Part shown: positions 26,725 to 39,690 of the stretch, piece after piece
How positions within the stretch are numbered: position 1 is the first letter of the stretch
Layout: each line of letters starts with the position of its first letter
Source of the DNA: Octopus vulgaris
Taxonomy: Eukaryota
Reading direction: 5' to 3'
Assembly: GCA_951406725.2 (NCBI GenBank)
Contig: OX597824.1
Span: 5,084,001 to 5,148,000 of the forward strand
DNA: 64,000 nucleotides
The notes under the pieces: model-generated
Databases searched by the model: none
Told to the model about the DNA's origin: nothing
The model's input: only the letters and a program-made list of their open reading frames with translations
Translations under genes and position numbers: made by a program

Positions 26725-28615
26725 AAAGGTGGTGATATTTTTATAGTCTGTGCTGAAAGAAGGTCTATCCTATTTCTGTGTTTCTCTTGGCATTTTCAGT
26801 TGTCCATTGTTCTCGTGTGTGCAACTGTTTTTTCCTGAGAAATCTCTCTTCATACTACTGCAATGACTTGAAATTCTGGCCAAAAACAATTTGCAGCTTT
26901 TGTACTATTAAAAGATGGTTTCCATAAATGCAACTGTTTCCATTATTCTCCTTAAACACGTTGCTCTGTAATTGGTTTCATCTCAAAACACTACTAGCTA
27001 TGATTTTGCTATGGTAAATTAAATCAGCACAACCATTGCTGTTGATTGCAGTTTCTTTTTTTTTTTTTCCTTAAATTTCAGAAAAGTGAGCAGAGCTCAT
27101 TTTTGTATAAAAACAAACAAAAAAAAATGAACCCGTTCAAATATTATTGCTGGTACTACTATATTTCAGCTTTTTGTTGTTAAATAAACGTAATAGTGCT
27201 AATGAAGGCTTGGAACATCCTGATCACCGGGCATTGAGAAAATCTGCTGGATAACAAAATTGAAGAAACTTTGTATAACTTTTTATAACATTAAATTCCT
27301 CTTCTGGTCTTTGCCATTGATGGGATTCAGGAATATATTTTCAATAAATATTAATAGTATATAATGGATCAGTTTAAGTTGCAATAGAATTGGCATTTTT
27401 ATTTCTTCACTTTTCTTTTTTTTTTTTTTTTTAATTTTGACATCTCTGGTTTGTCTTTGCTCTTTGTTTACTTATTGAAGAAAAGTAAACCTGTTGAGCC
27501 TTACTCGAAAGTTTCTAGTTGTGATTGAACCTGAAGCTTTGGTTGAAATATATCTAGTTCCCATTTGATTAATACTCGTAATCTCTTTCAAAACATAATT
27601 GATAATTTCATAGCATTATTCATTTAATCATGCTGTTCCCCTCTGCATTATTTTTTTGGACAGTTCTTGTGCATAATGGCCTTAGTGCCTTAAAAAAATT
27701 TGCTACTTAAATAATACTGAAAAGCTTTTCTTTTTTTTCTTTATAATATGGCTGCTGGAACTTCTATTTTCTGGATTGCAACATTCTGTTAAATTTAGAA
27801 TAAAGTTGAATTTGTCTTCCTTGTAAAGCAGTTTTAATTTATGGATTTTGGAAATGAGAAATAGCCTAGTTTTTGTGGATAGGATGCGAGAAAGTATAAG
27901 TACCTTAGCTAAAAATTAAACCATTATATTGCCACTTGGCATTTCACTACAGTAATATCTATTTTAAAATATTGCTAATTTTTTACACAGCGCTCCGTTT
28001 AAACTGTTAAGTTTTTCTTAGAATACTGCATGTATTAAGTCATCCAGTTATTTGTGTTCACATCTATTTTGTTTTAATCTCAAAGTTGTCTATTAAACGT
28101 ACAAGGACGCAAACCTAAGTGGCAGATAAACTTTGAATATGTTGGTATTTTCCAAGTTACAGGTGTTGCATTCCTTTGAAATTCTTGCTATAACGTGGAG
28201 CACTGTGGTGCAAAAGTCTTGTTTTTTGGAATATCACACAATGGCAAGGTTTTCAGGAATGCATTATTTCTGTAACGTGGAATGTTTGCAATTTACGATT
28301 CTTCCCCCCCCTCACTTCAAATCTTAGATAAATGGTAATTCCGATGCCATTTAGTGTTGAAATTTGGTTTCAGTTTCAAGTGTGGGATTTGGAGGTTTTT
28401 CTTTCCATATTTTCTGTAGTTTAATTTGAATGAAGATCTAAAACATTGTTTGTTCTCTACTGTGATAGTACTCGATAGTTAATGGACCAAATGTTGATAG
28501 CTTTATATTCCAGCGTTGAAAAAAAAAAAACTTGTGACACATTCCAGTATGTCATTTTCATGTTTAATATACTTACAATGTCGATAAGATTATAATTTCT
28601 GTATCATGTGCTCCA

Positions 28616-28660
28616 AATAAAATTCTGGCTGATATCCAAGTTTTGTCTGTTTTTTTCACT
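28616..28660 (+). terminator. Candidate poly(A) signal for isoform A (3' UTR about 1.9 kb)
   Basis: AATAAA at 28616-28621 followed about 20 nt later by GT/T-rich gttttgtctgtttttt. Other AATAAA at 27183, 27343 and 27799. Confidence 0.5.
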
Positions 28661-29498
28661 TAAATGAACCATTTGACTCTCATTAGTCAAACATTTTTTT
28701 TTTCTTCTCTAGAATGTATTAAGTGGGGGTGATATTTGTAATTGCTTAATAATTAAAATATTTTTTTTTCAGCTTCTAAATTTTTGCTAAAATCTCTCAT
28801 GTGAGATATAGGAAATACAATAAAATATCAACTCATAAATTTTCCTTTTTGAAAAATGAAATTCATATCTTTACGAAGCTAAAGGTTCTGAGAATTTTGC
28901 AGTCACTTAAATCCTATTGAATCTTAGTGCTTAAAATTTAGATTTTAGTTATTAGCTATTCTCAATATCTAACAGTATTATCAAAGAAATTATTTGGTGT
29001 CGAAGTTCAAAACTGTATTGCTGATCTGTTGTCCATTGATAACAACTGAGAAGACAGCATGAATAAAGTACAAGGTTGGTATAGCACAGTATGCTAATTG
29101 AATTTTCAGTTAAGTACTACAAAATTAGTAACCTAAATGCATAGGATACTGCCCATCTTTTTTGTTTTATATTTATTATACACTTTTCCTATATTGGCAT
29201 GGATTGGATGGGCAAGTTGGTTCTTATTCAGTTACTTGCTCTCTTTTTAGAACAGGTTGGAATCGGGTCACTCTTGCACCTTCCATTTTTGGCATCTTCT
29301 GCTCTTCCTATTGCCAATCAGTCTGCAGAATGTACTCTGGGTGCATTTTGTCATGGAATCACACTCTGCCTAATTTTTCTCTTTATCCAGCGGCAGCGGT
29401 AGAGGATTGTTTTGTCTCCAGCAGGTAGAAGAGATATCAGAATTATGGAAGACGACACTTGATAGGAGGGGGTGATAGCAGAAAGAGTAAGATGAAAT

Positions 29499-29705
29499 AT
29501 CATCATCATCGTTTAACGTCTGCTTTCCATGCTAGCATGGGTTGGACGATTTGACAGGTCTGGCGAACCAGATGGCTGCACCAGACTCCAATCTGATCTG
29601 ATAGTGTTTCTACAGCTGGATGCCCTTCCTAATGCCAACCACTCCGAGAGTGTAATGGGTGCTTTTATGTGCCACCGGCACAAGGGCCAGTCAGGTGGTA
29701 CTGAC
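29499..29705 (-). mobile_element. SINE-like family 1, between exons A and B
   Basis: Same signature as the 25664 copy. Confidence 0.85.
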
Positions 29706-30799
29706 TCTATACAGTTAGGTCAGTTAATTTATTTATGCAGTAAATACATGCTTGAGCATTTTTGATGTATAGGGTGGACAATGAAAGCATTGCAAACTAT
29801 AAGCCATCTTAGTACTTTATTTGCCGAAATAGAATTAGATTAAGTTTTTAAAATACATTCTTATTTGAAAGAATACAATTTTTTTTTCTTTTCTGTAATA
29901 TTTTTGTAGCTGCTTTGGAGTTTAAAAAGCAGGAAGGTGTTTTTTTTTTCTTTTTTCTCTTCAAATTCTTGTCTTGCTGCTTGTATTTCAGTTTTTCTAT
30001 TTTTTAAAATTTTAAAGTCAGTTGGTTGTAAAGTTCATAGATCACAACATAATCTAGAAAAGTTACTGAACATTGATCTTTTCACACATTTAAATTTTAA
30101 AAAGTTTTATAAATACTGGGTGACTTATTCTGATTATAATCTCTCAGATTATAACCTTATCTTTAAAAGCGAAAGTATTTTTAAAAATATTTATATGCAC
30201 ACCATTGATCAATTTGTCAGCCTGTTTTAACGTCCCTGGGTGTGTTACATAGATTGGATTTTAAACTAGCAATCATTATTTAGGAACCAAGGACAAATAT
30301 TCTTATCCCGAAGGCCCCACATAATGTAGGTACTAAATTATAATCCTATTTTCATCTATATTAATATGAAAACATTGACTTGCTAAATTTAATTCAATTT
30401 TTCAAGGTTAGATTAGGGGTTGTGGGATTAGTAATAGAATGTCTACTTAATTTCACTCCTTTTGTTCTCATCACAGGTCTGTTAATCCTTTTGGTATTAA
30501 GCCACTTCAGACCACTTATTTTTAAAGTGATATGAATGGAAACCTTCCATCAAAATTTCATGTTTTGTTCTAAGCACCAGCTTAATGAGGTTTTTTTTTT
30601 TTTTTTACTAAATTCCTTCATTTATTTTCAAAATTGAAAGACTATTCCAATTATAATAATAACCAAAAAACAAAACAAACCTAGTTTCATATTTCCAAAA
30701 TTACATTATTTTCTAATAGCTGAGAATGCTAATGTTTGTATTAATAATTTTCAATGTTTTAGGAATTATTTAATTAATGATTTGAATTTTCTTCCTTAG

Positions 30800-31222
30800 G
30801 TTGAATTGGCTCTTTGGGATACTGCTGGACAAGAAGATTATGATAGGCTACGACCTTTGTCTTACCCTGACACAGATGTGATTCTTATGTGCTTTTCTAT
30901 CGATAGTCCAGACAGTTTGGAAAATATACCGGAGAAGTGGACCCCTGAAGTGAAACACTTTTGTCCCAATGTTCCTATCATTTTGGTCGGCAATAAGAAA
31001 GATCTACGAAATGATGAAAATACAAAGAGAGAACTTATGAAGATGAAGCAAGAACCGGTACGACCTGAAGACGGTCGTGCTATGGCTGAAAAGATCAATG
31101 CCTATAGTTACTTAGAATGTTCTGCTAAGACCAAAGATGGTGTGAGGGAAGTGTTTGAAACAGCTACTCGGGCAGCACTTCAAGTAAAGAAGAAGAAGAA
31201 AGGAGCCTGTACCATGTTGTAA
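30800..31222 (+). CDS. RHOA: RhoA terminal coding exon B (codons 53-192, ends [11 protein letters not shown])
   Basis: ttttcttccttAG|GTT at 30799/30800. Open 423 nt with the same G-box motifs, CaaX CTML and TAA stop. In phase with the first coding exon. Confidence 0.95.
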   Translation, partial: VELALWDTAGQEDYDRLRPLSYPDTDVILMCFSIDSPDSLENIPEKWTPEVKHFCPNVPIILVGNKKDLRNDENTKRELMKMKQEPVRPEDGRAMAEKINAYSYLECSAKTKDGVREVFETATRAALQVKKKKKGACTML

Positions 31223-32441
31223 TTTGGACTCGCATCAATTTTTCTCATTCTTTCCAACTTTTTCCTCTCCCCCCCCACTTATGTATCCCACTTACAACAA
31301 AGAAAAGGAAACTTTTTTTTTTCAAAACATGCTTTTTGTTACAAAAAAAAAGAAAAAAACTTGCTGCTTTCTCCAATGTTCACAAACTTAGTCCACTTTT
31401 TGCAGATATCTAATCTAAATCTAATCAATTTGATTCACTGATTTTTTTTGCAAGTCAGTTTGAACGAGATGATAAAAATTATAAAAAAGAATATATATAT
31501 ATGAAATTATATTTAAAATGAATTTAAAAAAATAAAAAATGTTTGTATGGACACGTGGACTACAGATAGGTATGTGTGTGCATGGTTGACTGGTTTGTAT
31601 GTCTGTAGATACATAAAACGAAATTGTTCATGCTGCTATTGGCATCATGCTCAACAGCCTTTTCAATATGCATTCATGAACCCTTTTTCTTACTCTTATG
31701 CTGGTATTCATTCCTGTTTTGCATAACATTTTATTTCAACATTTTTTTTTTTTTCATTTGCCATTGGTTATAGTTAAACTGTTTGTATTATTATTATTAT
31801 TATTATGCCAGTATTTTTTTCTTATCGTAACAAAACGAAAGTAAATCTGAATGAAAAAAAACAAACAACTTAATCTCTCCTTGAAGTATCGGAGAGATAG
31901 TAAACCTGACCATTGTAGCTAAATTGTGTGCTGGTATCTTCCAACATTGAAGTATTATTTTTCTAAGTTAGAATATTTTCTGCCGCCTTATTGCTCATCT
32001 GTAGCTGTCTTCAGGTATCTGTCAACTGCAGTACTTACTAGATACAGAGACCAAAATCATTATTTTAAACCACATACCTGCTTTCCGTCATAAATGTATT
32101 TGGATGAATGGATTAAAACTTCTTCTCTAGGTAGCTCTCTGGAATGGTGTTACCTTTTTGTCAGACAGCTTTATCTACATCATAAAGAAAGTCTTTCATC
32201 TTCAGCTGTCACTTTTTAATGATATGGTGAATATAATTTGGCAGATTTTTTTCTTAAGACTTAGTTATTTCACCTTTATTGAACTAATATTATTAACCCT
32301 AATAAAATATCGACTGATGAATGGATTCACTGTTCTTTATTGTATAAAGACTGGCTGCTTCTTCAGTGATATGACAGGTTTTTAATTCTTTTAATTTTGT
32401 CTGATTTTTATATCTGACTGGTCCTAATTTTTTTTTAATGG

Positions 32442-32765
32442 AATAAACTTATGCCAGAATTACAATTCCGCATATTAAGTCTTTTTTTTTTTTCCTTTCT
32501 AATATAATTAAGACATTCTCAAAAAAAAAAAAAAAGCCTTAAATTGCTTTTTAATTATCAGCAAGAATAAGCGTTGCAGGAACCGAGTTAAGATGTTCCA
32601 AATAGGTTGTGTTTTTAAAACTGTTCCAAAGATATTTTCTTGTTCCTGTGTGCACGTGTACAGAATTCTTCATTGACTTTTTTTGAGTATTAACAAGCAT
32701 GTAGTTGAAGAAAATCTGTAATAAAGGTTCTTATTTGATTAAAAAGTTGTTTTTTAAAGTTTGTC
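32442..32765 (+). terminator. Candidate poly(A) signals for isoform B
   Basis: AATAAA at 32442-32447 (T-run downstream) and 32720-32725 (followed by gttgttttttaaagtttgtc). Confidence 0.45.
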
Positions 32766-34306
32766 TAATTTTCCTAATCTGAGTTAAGGACAATCAACCA
32801 ACATTTATTAGTTCAGCTAAGACTTAATTAATAAAAGACTGTTTTCCTAGTTAGATGAAGCAAAACTGTTTTTAAAATTCCTTATTTTGATACGATAGGT
32901 GGTCTTTCCAACACATTTGCTTCTTGTAAAATCTTTGATGTATTCCTAATACCAGTTCCTCATATCCAGTTCAAACCAAATTTCAACTGAAGTAGCAAGG
33001 AAGCTTAGATTTTACGTTTGAATGGTGTTAAAGAAAGCTTTATTGAGATTCTAGCAAGCTTAACTGTATGATGTAGCTGTGTTTCTTTATCTTGCCATCT
33101 AAGTGGTATGCTTGTACTACTTCAAAGTGGTTCATTATAAAATTTCAATGAAGTCAGTTGGTATAAAATCTATAACAATCATGTCGAAACGCTGTTTCTC
33201 CTGAGGCTTATATTTTGAAAACTAATCTGTGAAACATTTTATTAAATGTAGTAAATTTATACACTTAAAATCCTGACATCCCATCCCTTCGCGTGGCAAA
33301 GTCTATAGAATACGGATTTTTCAATTAAATATACCCCTTCCTCACCTTTTTTTTTCCCCTCTTAAAAACAACCTCCATTTGTACCACAAGTTAAAAAAAT
33401 TCTCTTGAATGACACGTACTATTATTAAGGTAGGTGTTTCGCTCCATCAGAAATTCTATGGTACATGAAGCTATTGCTGCTGGGTAGAATTTGGATGTTG
33501 GTGCCTTAAACAGTCTCAACTTTTTTAATATTGGTTTAATGTCACCATTTAACAATGTCAGAAACAAATCTATCAGTTTAATTTTTAGATTAACATTCTC
33601 TTTCAGAGCTTGTGTACAACATTGAATCTCCAACTTTTATGTTAATTTTCCAGGTTATTTTTCAAGTTACAATTGTCACTTTGGCTTTATCCTTTTCTTC
33701 CTTTTCAAAAATTAAAAATATTTTTTTAACTGCAACATTCAACCAAAACTGAAGGATAATTAAACCTTGATTATCCTTTCCAGATTTATTTTTACTTTCT
33801 ATCTTAATCGTTCTCATACTATTTTTTTCTTCCTTTTTTCCCCCCCTTTATCCTAGTTTCATATTGTATTCTGAAATATCTCTGGAGAAGAAAGAAAAAA
33901 ACTAATTAACGTTTATTTTTGAATTTTGTAAATTTTGTTTTGAGTCTTTCCCAAAGATGAATGAATAATGTTCTTGCTTTGCCGTTATTTCCCCACCTTA
34001 AAAAAAAAAAAATTAAAAATTATAATTTTTTTTTTTTAAATAAAAATAAAACTTACAGAACAGTTTATGTCAGTGTTGTCAGTTTGTGGATTAGCGTCTT
34101 TTCAAAGTTCCCAAGAATTCAAAGAAAAATCCTTTACAAGTGATAGATGTTCTTTTTATTGAATCTGCTGGTTGTTCTTGTAGACATTGTACTGCGGGGC
34201 GTCAGATTAATGGACCACTTCTCCCTGAAGTGGTTCAATTCTTTTCAATTTGAATTCAGATTGTCAAGCTTCATTCAACATCGGAAAATTGAATGGGGAG
34301 ATGTGT

Positions 34307-34517
34307 TCATCATCATCATCATCATTTAACTTCTGTTTTCCACGCTAGCATGGGTTGGACGGTTCAGCCGGGGTCTGATAAGCCATGGAGGCTGCACCAG
34401 GCTCCAGTCTGATTTGGCAGTGTTTCTACAGCTGGATGCCCTTCCTAATGCCAACCAGCTGTAGAAACACTGCCGAATGATACTAGAGCCTGGTGCAGAC
34501 CCCGGTCGAACTGTTCA
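34307..34517. mobile_element. SINE family 1 fragment with fold-back inverted duplication
   Basis: 34416-34435 is the exact reverse complement of 34455-34474; further pairing extends out to about 34357/34517. Confidence 0.85.
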
Positions 34518-35329
34518 GTGGGAAAAAAATACATAAATTGCTTATGTGTTTGGGAGTTGTTTGGCAGTTTGTATCGATAATTTTGACAAAAAGGTAAATC
34601 CTTTTGACCGAAATAAACTCGGTGCCATTGATTTGCAGTTGACGTTTTTTCGGTTACTGCATTTCTTGCTGTCTGTAAGGAAAATATTGGACTAAGGGAG
34701 GTAACTGGCTGAAAAAATTTTAAAAGTACATTTAAATTTTATGAACACTGGATACAATCAAGAGATGGCAATTTATAAAGAAAACTAATTCGATGATGAA
34801 ATGTCTTTTATTTTTATTTTCACACACAATGTATCGTTATTGTGCAGACTAGATTGCAGTTCCAAATGATTGCCTCGACTATTCGTTCTGTGTCCTTTTT
34901 TTATTTATTTTTGTCCTCACCATACTTTCAGTGGTTGGATTATAACATGAGAGGAATCACTTAATTTTCTCATGGCTTTGAAATCCTGAAGTATCCACAT
35001 ATGGCCTACCACACTCTCGTACAAATGATTGTAAAGAAACACTTGCATATGCACACACTGGTGTGTGTGTGTGAGAGAACGTGCGCACACACACACACAG
35101 AGGTCCTCTGTCAGTTTGTCTTCTAAATCCGCCTACAAGTCTGGGATTACAGATGCCGATAGTGCTGTGCAGTTTGGACAACCTGAAACGATGGGGTTGC
35201 GAAGCAAGCACCTAAATTTCTGCAATGTTAAAAAAAAAATAAATACCTAATGGATTGTGAGCTGTTCTTATGTCAGTTTACCTCTACCTCGTTAGATTTA
35301 ATCTTAGACATCCCTCTCTAATTATTTAA

Positions 35330-35550
35330 CCCTTTCAATACTGAATTTCTTTTGAGATGCTCTATATTTCTTTCAATTATTTTAAATATAACAAAGAATT
35401 TAGTAAAAGAACTTAGTTATCATTCAGCTAGTGTTAAGAACATAAATTGCGAATAAGATTTGGTGGAAGATTTTAATTCAAAACTTATGAAAACAAGATA
35501 TGTATATTAAAGAGCCAGAGCCGGTTTCAGCCGTGTTGGTAACGAAAGGG
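35330..35550. mobile_element. piggyBac-like MITE, 221 bp
   Basis: TTAA|CCCTTTC ... GAAAGGG|TTAA. A decayed inverted relative lies at about 30480-30645. Confidence 0.8.
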
Positions 35551-36277
35551 TTAAAGATATTTACTCTTGCATTCAGTTTGGCTTTAATTTTGTAGTTATG
35601 ACTTTGCTCCATGAGTGAAAGTGAATTCATTGTAAGGGCAGGTAACATATATTCCAAGATTTAACACCAGTTTGTGACTTCTCTTTGAACTAATCTGATA
35701 CCCCTCTGATTTGCTTGACTTGCTAGAAATAACAACTAAATCTTTCTAAAAGAATACTGTACCATCTTTATAAAAGTGTGCATTATATATTTCAGGTATA
35801 TTGAGGGGTACAAAGATGATGTTTGGAATGTGAAGGTCAAGAGTTACCTTGGTGCAAAACTGCAAAAATTGCCAGTAAATTTTGACTCAAGGCTTTCTCG
35901 TTTCGCAGATAATTATCTTATTGATTGAAAGATCTACAGAGTATTGGGTGTGTGGCTGGGAACCATTACCTGGTTTACCATTTGTGGTAGCTACAAAAGA
36001 AAACAAAAATCCCGGAAGTTTATCTGCTGTATCCTCTGTTTAGTATTTTGACAGTCAAATGAATTTGCTTTGGTTGAGGTGTCTAATACTAAAAACTTAT
36101 TTAATTTTTCTGGCAGAGCTGAATGTCGGTTGATTGTAGCCAGAAATTCAGCACAAATAAATAAGAACAAGTCTTCATTTATTACACAATAAGGATTTAC
36201 TATTTGGGAACAAGACAACAAATATGCCAGAGTTTTATCTGTCATATAATGGGAATCTTCAGGAGTAATTTAGCTAA

Positions 36278-36740
36278 TCATCATCATCATCGTTTAACGT
36301 CCGCTTTCCATGCTAGCATGGGTTGGACGGTTTGACTGTGGGCTGGCGAACCAGATGGCTGCACCAGGCTCCAGTCTGATCTGGCAGAGTTTCTACAGCT
36401 GGATACCCTTCCTAACGCCAACCACTCTGAGAGTGTAGTGGGTGCTTCTATGTGCCACCAGCATGGGGACCAGTCTGGCATTACTGGCAACGACCTCACT
36501 CGAATCTTTTTACACATGCTACCGGCACAGGTGCCAGTAAGGTGATGTTGGTAACGATCATGCTCGAATGGTGCTCTTAACTCCCTACCAGCACGGGACT
36601 CGAGTGCCAGTAAGGCGATACTGATAGCGATCACGCTCGAATGGTGCCTTTTATGTGCACAGAAGCCAGTTGGCCACTCTGGCAACAAGTACGCTCGGAT
36701 GGTGATCTTGGCTCCCTACTAGTACGGGGCTCGAGTGCCA
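36278..36740 (-). mobile_element. SINE-like family 1
   Basis: Close reverse complement of 5915-6450. Confidence 0.85.
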
Positions 36741-38048
36741 ATATGTAATATCAGAAATTATAATTTAATTTTCATCAAATTTGTTTGTGCTTATACTTAC
36801 TTTCAAAGGGAAAATATTTATTTTAACCCCCTCAGAGCTGGGGCCCCTGTATCTAACTTTACTCTCCAGCTGGGACCTTGAGCAAAGAAAAAAAAAATTG
36901 TGTATACAGTTAAATATAAATGATTGCAGGGAAACTAACGGACAACACCAGTTGCATCTTAGTTTTTTTTATGCATGTTGTTCATTATTGTTTCACCAAG
37001 AATCTAGCAGAGATGTTGTTGAAGCTCTTCTTGTTAGTGGGTGGGAATATGGCGTGACAGGGTTAGAATTAAATAAAACAATAATGTATTAAAATGTTCC
37101 AGCAGATTCAGTTGTGAATATAATTGCTCTTTGTATTTTGTGTATGGAGAACAACTTTCCCTCACTTCTCATTTGTGTAACTCTTCCCAGAAATACCCTG
37201 CCTTTCTTCTTCTTTCTCACTATATATGTATGTGTGTGGAAAGTTCTTTTACTCATTGTCTTCCACCAAGCCTAGTATGTGCACTCAGTTTGAACATCTG
37301 TTAATTCCCATCTTTTTTTTCTCATTTCCTATATGGTGTAAAGTGTGACTGGAGAAATCAACTCAGCCCAACATATGTATTGGCTTTTATAAAGAGATAT
37401 TTGGGAAGGAGGGAAGGCACTGCTCTTCACTTTTTACAGGGTCTTCACAACTGATGCCAGTGAGTGAGGAAAGTGTTCTCAAACCAAAGATCAGGCTTGA
37501 ATGCTGGAACAGTGAATTCTGCTGATGAGACTCAAGGGGTCATGTGTGGGTGTTAACCCTTTGACTGTGTAATTAAATTTCATGGTCATTCCCATAACGA
37601 TGTTGATTAACCCTACCCCCACTTCCTGAATTGATGTTTTCTTCTTCTGCAATACTTCTTTAGTAATTCCTGTAGATCTGGGTTTCATATCCACCCCTAA
37701 AACTATTTGATTCTTTCTCTGTAAAGAGATATTTGATGAAGTATGTGGAAGATTATAGAAAATCTGAAAAATTGTCTTTTGTAAAAAGTTCCATTGGGGC
37801 TGCCCCCATTTCTCATAGGATAAGAAATTGTTCCCAAAACAGTCGGGTAAAACCACTTTCTGCAATTAACAGGAACAAAATTTTTAGCAGATTTAACAGC
37901 TTTCAAAGAGGTTAAATGAAGTCGACCAACTAATTTAGGTCAGAGCAGGATTTGAACACAAAACAGCTGGAACAAAATTCCCTGAATTGATACCTTCATC
38001 TCCAAATTCTCTGAATTAACTTTTATAGGGATTTGTTCTCAGACTGCG

Positions 38049-38285
38049 TGGAGGCATGTAGCTTAGTGGTTAGGGTGTCAGCACCATGATTGTAAGATTG
38101 TGGTTTCGATTCCTGGACCGGGTGACACATGTTCTCGAGCAAAACATTTCATTGCATGTTGCTCCAGTCCACTCAGCTGGCAAAAGTGAGTAATGTTGCA
38201 ATGGACTGGCATCCCATCCAGCTGGAGAACACATACACCATGGAAACCGGGCCCATGAGCCTGGTTAGGCTTTAAAAGGGCACAT
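38049..38285 (+). mobile_element. tRNA-derived SINE family 3
   Basis: ggaggcatgtagcttagtggttagg...GGTTTCGATTCC. Confidence 0.75.
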
Positions 38286-38707
38286 TTATTTATTTTTTAC
38301 TCAGAATGCAGATGGCTCAAAGTTGCGACAGAAGCAGTGAAACATTGTGTCCAACGCTAATAATTCTGCCAATTTACTGGAGACTTGGAAATAGCTTGCT
38401 TAGGTAAGTTCAGTCAGTTGAACACTATTCGTGCCAGATGCTAGTAAGTTTCAGGAGTCATTAGGAGGGAATGGGCACTGTTTTAGGGTCTTCCTTTCAA
38501 CAGCTTTACAGTGCACAGGTCCACCACAGCCCTCCTTTCTGATATGAGGTCTGACCTAGTATTTCCACCTTTTGTCTATTTTGAGATTAGCACCATTCAA
38601 ATTGTGGAGTTGTGTAGGTCTGACTTGCCATATAGGCAAACAAGTACTATCCGTCACACCCACATATCATCTCTCCATCCAGGTTTCCCTATATATATAT
38701 ATATATA

Positions 38708-39275
38708 TCATCATCATCATCATCATCATTGTTTAATGTCTGCTTTCCATGCTAGCATGGGTTGGACGATTTGACTGAGGTCTGGCAAACCAGATGGCTG
38801 CACCAGACTCCAATTTGATCTAGCAGAGTTTCTACAGCTGGATGCCCTTCCTAATGCCAACCAGTCCAAGAGTGTAGTGGGTGCCTTTTTGTGCCACCAG
38901 CATGAGAGCCAGTCAGTCGGTACTGGCAACAGCCATGCTCAAATGGTGTTTTTTACGTGCCACCTGCACAGGAACCAGTCCAGCAGCACTGGCAACGATC
39001 TCGCTCGAATGTTCTATTTACGTGCCAGTAAGTTGACACTGGCAACGATCACGCTTGAATGGTGCTTTTTACGTGCCCGTGGCATGGAAGCCAGTAAGCC
39101 ACTCTGGTAACGATCACCCTCGGATGGTGCTCTTAGCGCTCCACTAGCATGGATGCCAATCATTGAATTTGATTTCGATTTCATTTGCCTCAACAGGTCT
39201 TCGCAAGCAGAGTTTAGTGTCCAATAAAGGAAAGGTACGCATAAGTGGGCTGGTTACACCCCTGGCATAGGCATA
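38708..39275 (-). mobile_element. SINE-like family 1
   Basis: (CAT)n start, core and subrepeats. Confidence 0.85.
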
Positions 39276-39289
39276 TATATATATATAAT

Positions 39290-39690
39290 CTTTAACTTGT
39301 TTCAGTGATTGGACTGTGGCCATGCTGGAGCACTGTATTGAAGGGTTTTAGTTGAACAAATTGATGCCAGTACTTATTTTATTTGAAAGTCTGATTCTTA
39401 TTCAATCAAACTCTGCCAAACTGCTACGTTATGAGGACAGGAACCAACACCAGCTCTCAAGCTGGGGTGGGGACACACACACCTACCCACCTACCTACCT
39501 ACCTTCCTACCCACCTACCTACACACCTGCCTACCTACCTACCTACATACATACATATATGTATATTTGTATGCATATACAACTGACTTCTTTCAGTTTT
39601 CCTCCACCCAATCCACTCTGAAATTTTGGTCGACCCAGGGCTATAGTAGAAGACACTTAATTGCCATGCAGCAGGACTGAACCCAGGCTG
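39290..39690 (-). mobile_element. SINE family 2, decayed, with internal (CCTA)n
   Basis: Reverse complement of family 2 tail and head. Confidence 0.7.

Noticed and set aside
26245-31222. Two independent tandem Rho genes, or ORF-track starts at 26245 and 30806
   Set aside because: Those starts are TTG artefacts. Both segments lack the P-loop and begin at splice acceptors, and only one N-terminal exon was found.
26302-31222. Assembly or haplotype duplication of the last exon
   Set aside because: More than half the codons differ synonymously and the flanks are unrelated.
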